Shown in pieces: positions 63,154-64,000 of a stretch of 64,000 bases of DNA. The DNA is from an uncultured Lachnospiraceae bacterium. Lineage in GTDB: Bacteria; Bacillota; Clostridia; Lachnospirales; Lachnospiraceae. The stretch lies in assembly GCA_910579395.1 (NCBI GenBank), contig CAJTUC010000019.1, positions 3,535-67,534 of the forward strand, given 5' to 3'. How positions within the stretch are numbered: the stretch's first letter is position 1; each line of letters starts with the position of its first letter. Both the position numbers and the translations under genes were made by a program. A model generated the notes under the pieces. That model was not told the DNA's origin. It did not search any database and saw only the letters and a list, made by a program, of their open reading frames with translations.

Positions 63154-64000
63154 CTATCCTGACAGCCCCTGGTAATGGAACTCTTTAAATTCAATAAACA
63201 GCGATTCTTCACCGCCATAGCCGTATATACCGACCATCGCTCCCGTAAATCGTTTTCCCATTGAGATTCCTTCATCGCACAGATAGTATACATTGGATAA
63301 TTCTGCGAGGGTTTTTCCTTCTTCTTCCACTTTACCATAATAGAACCTTCTATGCAAATACTCTGTTTCAACACCGAGCACATATTGTTTTCCAACCGGC
63401 TCCTCCGGAAGGATTTCTTTCGGATGACAAATATCTTCCGTACCGATATGTTCTTTTACCTGTAGGGCATATTTATCTTTGTCCCGCTGAAAATAGCAGC
63501 ACACCCATGTATTTTCATCATAATAGCATGTAATGCCGGCCTCCTGTCCTTCTTTGAGTTCCGGAACCGTAAGCTCTGCCTCCGCCCGGAAACAGAAGTC
63601 GCTCTGCCTTCTCACCAGAATATTTCTCGCCATAACGCTTGCGAGCGGATGTGTACTTCCTTTTAAGATCAGATTTCCGTTCTCAAAACGGATTGCATCC
63701 TTCTCCGGCGGACGCGGCGTCATGAACTCTCCGGGCAGACCGTTTGCAAAAGTTCCTCCATCCGGGAACGTGCCATTCTGCATATCTACGCTGCTTCGCA
63801 CATTTACGCCGCTTCTTTCCTGAACGCTCTCAGTACCGCCTTTTTCCTGTACCGGCAGATCGGGCATTTTCTGCAGCACACTCGGCCCTTTCAGGCCATT
63901 GACAATCGGCCAGCCATCGGCTGTCCAGGTAATCGGGTCAAGGGCTGTCTCCCTTCCAAGAATGCTGTATCCGTCGCCAACTCTCCGGCCGCACAGATAG
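63154..64000 (-). CDS. GH43-like glycoside hydrolase, C-terminal part (5' end outside the window)
   Basis: The frame is open to the window edge (..LDPITWTADGWPIVNGLKGPS..). The C-terminal part resembles the concanavalin-like domain of GH43 beta-xylosidases/arabinofuranosidases. Confidence 0.6.
   Translation of the reverse strand, partial: YLCGRRVGDGYSILGRETALDPITWTADGWPIVNGLKGPSVLQKMPDLPVQEKGGTESVQERSGVNVRSSVDMQNGTFPDGGTFANGLPGEFMTPRPPEKDAIRFENGNLILKGSTHPLASVMARNILVRRQSDFCFRAEAELTVPELKEGQEAGITCYYDENTWVCCYFQRDKDKYALQVKEHIGTEDICHPKEILPEEPVGKQYVLGVETEYLHRRFYYGKVEEEGKTLAELSNVYYLCDEGISMGKRFTGAMVGIYGYGGEESLFIEFKEFHYQGLSG

Overview
The window looks like a chromosomal segment of a Clostridia (Lachnospiraceae-like) Firmicute. 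It is densely coded, mostly on the minus strand, and I found no IS element, prophage or CRISPR array.

**Content, left to right:**
- End of a sugar ABC transporter, then a lipoprotein.
- A DUF2971-like / beta-helix gene pair.
- tRNA-Ser(CGA), a chemotaxis receptor, and an ECF sigma / anti-sigma pair.
- A decayed two-component remnant.
- tadA followed by a large Bacillus-type SRP RNA.
- Four c-di-GMP turnover genes in total: three GGDEF and one HD-GYP.
- ldhA, and metG behind a Met-specific T-box, then map.
- A complete L-arabinose module: a ytfQRT/yjfF-type ABC transporter, araA, araB, araD, split transketolase and rpe. It is flanked by araR and a binding-protein / histidine-kinase / AraC-type response-regulator sensor.
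- A DUF885 protein and MarR.
- A MacB/FtsX-type ABC pair whose permease carries a roughly 420-aa coiled coil.
- A membrane-anchored Mrr-like nuclease, then spmB, a ROK kinase, ackA and pta.
- A pectin-type GH43/GH105 cluster.

**Most unusual signal (non-coding):** a roughly 115-nt multi-stem repeat is present in four same-orientation copies. Each copy abuts or overlaps the stop codon of a minus-strand ORF. Stem sequences differ between copies by compensatory changes, so the structure is conserved while the sequence is not.

The first hairpin of this repeat belongs to a wider family built on a GA(A/G)GAATG..CATTC(T/C)TC stem, with at least nine members in the window. Two members sit in near-identical 5' leaders of unrelated genes.

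**Limits:** all protein family calls rest on motif recognition by eye. No searches or folding programs were run.
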